Positions 62,435 to 64,000 of a stretch of 64,000 bases of DNA are shown here, piece by piece (positions within the stretch are counted from its first letter, which is position 1; each line of letters opens with the position of its first letter). The position numbers and the translations under genes are program-made. Below the pieces are notes generated by a model. That model was not told where the DNA came from, did no database searches, and was given only the letters and a program-made list of their open reading frames with translations. Origin of the DNA: Pelagomonas calceolata. Lineage: Eukaryota. The stretch lies in NCBI GenBank assembly GCA_918797485.1, contig CAKKNE010000002.1, positions 1,364,001 through 1,428,000 on the forward strand, written 5' to 3'.

Positions 62435-64000
62435 TCAATTTACGACGCGCTGCTTTCCGCGCGACGACACGTGCTGGTATAAATACACGAGCGACGCCGG
62501 CGTCAAGCCACTAATCGCGCCGGCCTCGGCGAACGTCCGCGGCCGCGCCGCGACGAGCTTTTCCCGTTCTTCAGCAGAGAGCGCGGGAAGATTTGCCTCG
62601 GAATAATCTAAATCGGCGGGGATTTTGGTAGCATCATGTTTCCGGTAGTTGTCCATGTCCCGCTTTTGCCTCGTGAGGTAGGCGGCGTACTTGCACTGGG
62701 CCGCGACGGTGTCCTCCGCGTCGGCCGCGACGTTCAAATCAACATTCTGCTCCGCACAGAACGCCTTGAGCTTGTCAAAGTCCGCGTGGGGCATGGCGAG
62801 TAACTCGGAAGCCGTCTTGTGCGGCCTTCGTTTCGCATCTCTCTCTGCTTCCGCCCCTTCCAGGAAGAACGCGCCCCAGGCCTCCGGCGCGAACCTCAAA
62901 CTGTCTAGATGTTGTACACCGTCATCTACTAATTTAGATCGTTCAAGGCACTTGTCTAGCCTGCCTGATTCCACCAAACCGACTTCCGCACCCTTCTCCG
63001 TTAACCGTAGATCCGCGTTGTCCGCCCGTAAGTGTAACCGATACTCCGCCCGACTGGTGAACATGCGGTAGGGCTCCATCGTGCCCCGCGTCACGAGATC
63101 GTCGACCAACACGCCGATATACCCCTGGTCACGACCGACAACAAAACGCCTCCTGTTCTCAAGAGGCAGGTCCCGATCCAAGGCGGATAACGCCGCGTTC
63201 GCGCCGGCCACAATACCTAGAGCTGCCGCTTCTTCGTAGCCCGTCGTGCCGCAGATCTGGCCCGCCAAGTGCAAACCTACGACATTCCTGACACCTAGAC
63301 CATGATCCAACGACCGAGGATCCACAAAATCATACTCCACATCGTACCCCGGCTGGACGATCTCCGCCCGCTCCAGCCCGACGATGGACCGCACGATTTT
63401 CTCCTGGACGTCGCGCGGCCACGCGCCCGACAGGCCGTTCGGGTATACTAAATCAGTCTCAAGACCTTCCGGCTCCAACCAGACCACGTGGGAATCCCTC
63501 TCGGAGAACCTTTCCACCTTCTTGTGGAGCGAGGGGCAGTACCGCGGCCCGACGCCGTCGGTCGTCGTTGGAGCTAGCGTATGAACGTAGTCTCGTACTA
63601 TATCATGGGTCTTCTGGTTCGTCGCCGTCCGGAAGCACTTGACCGTCTTTCTATCTTTTCTTTGGTCATTAAAGTAGGAGAAAGGTTGGGCTTCTTCGGA
63701 GGGCTGCTCGACACATTTGTCCCAGTCGATCGTTCGACCGTCGAGTCGAGGAGGCGTCCCCGTCTTCAGTCTCGATAAAGGCAAGGCCAAATCCACCTCG
63801 AGCGTCTTGGCCAGTCCACAGGAAGGCGGCTCCGTCGTCGCGGTATACGGATCGTCGCGGACGTAGCGCCCGGCCGGGAACGACTCGCTCCCGACAAAAA
63901 TCTTGCCCCTCAGAAACGTGCCCGTCGTGATGACCGCGGCCTTCGTCTCGAGTTCGCCCGCCGACGTCTGGACCGCGCGGACCTCTTCGTTATCGAAGAG
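62435..64000 (-). CDS. mnmG: tRNA uridine 5-carboxymethylaminomethyl modification enzyme MnmG/GidA (MTO1), 5' end beyond the window
   Basis: RLKTGTPPRL, GPRYCPS, WLEPEG, GYDVEYD, AGQICGTTGYEEAAALG, EPYRMFTSRAEYRL..RADNADLRLT. Confidence 0.95.
   Translation of the reverse strand, partial: LFDNEEVRAVQTSAGELETKAAVITTGTFLRGKIFVGSESFPAGRYVRDDPYTATTEPPSCGLAKTLEVDLALPLSRLKTGTPPRLDGRTIDWDKCVEQPSEEAQPFSYFNDQRKDRKTVKCFRTATNQKTHDIVRDYVHTLAPTTTDGVGPRYCPSLHKKVERFSERDSHVVWLEPEGLETDLVYPNGLSGAWPRDVQEKIVRSIVGLERAEIVQPGYDVEYDFVDPRSLDHGLGVRNVVGLHLAGQICGTTGYEEAAALGIVAGANAALSALDRDLPLENRRRFVVGRDQGYIGVLVDDLVTRGTMEPYRMFTSRAEYRLHLRADNADLRLTEKGAEVGLVESGRLDKCLERSKLVDDGVQHLDSLRFAPEAWGAFFLEGAEAERDAKRRPHKTASELLAMPHADFDKLKAFCAEQNVDLNVAADAEDTVAAQCKYAAYLTRQKRDMDNYRKHDATKIPADLDYSEANLPALSAEEREKLVAARPRTFAEAGAISGLTPASLVYLYQHVSSRGKQRVVN

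Overview
GC-rich, gene-dense eukaryotic nuclear DNA with short spliceosomal introns. It is most consistent with a pelagophyte alga (Pelagomonas/Aureococcus-like), inferred from composition, intron style and gene content. About 30 protein genes are supported, including RLP24, RRP4, MMADHC, a PIP kinase, a PxpB-PxpC fusion, SMYD, myosin, ZMYND10, PKG and MnmG. The most striking feature is the RLP24 gene (2365-3534): each of its two introns carries the same sense-strand tRNA cassette, Arg(UCU)-Trp(CCA)-Trp(CCA), with no oligo-T terminator and a conserved stem around the middle tRNA. Other highlights are a signal-peptide-bearing peroxiredoxin with UGA (Sec) at the catalytic site plus an atypical SECIS, an FBP1-like/ferric reductase siderophore-uptake pair, a 3.1-kb insertion bounded by exact 50-bp direct repeats, an intronic 151-bp satellite, a GIY-YIG-like/Tudor/Myb protein and a recurrent bipartite CTAG promoter motif. 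All calls come from reading the sequence by eye; no searches were run.
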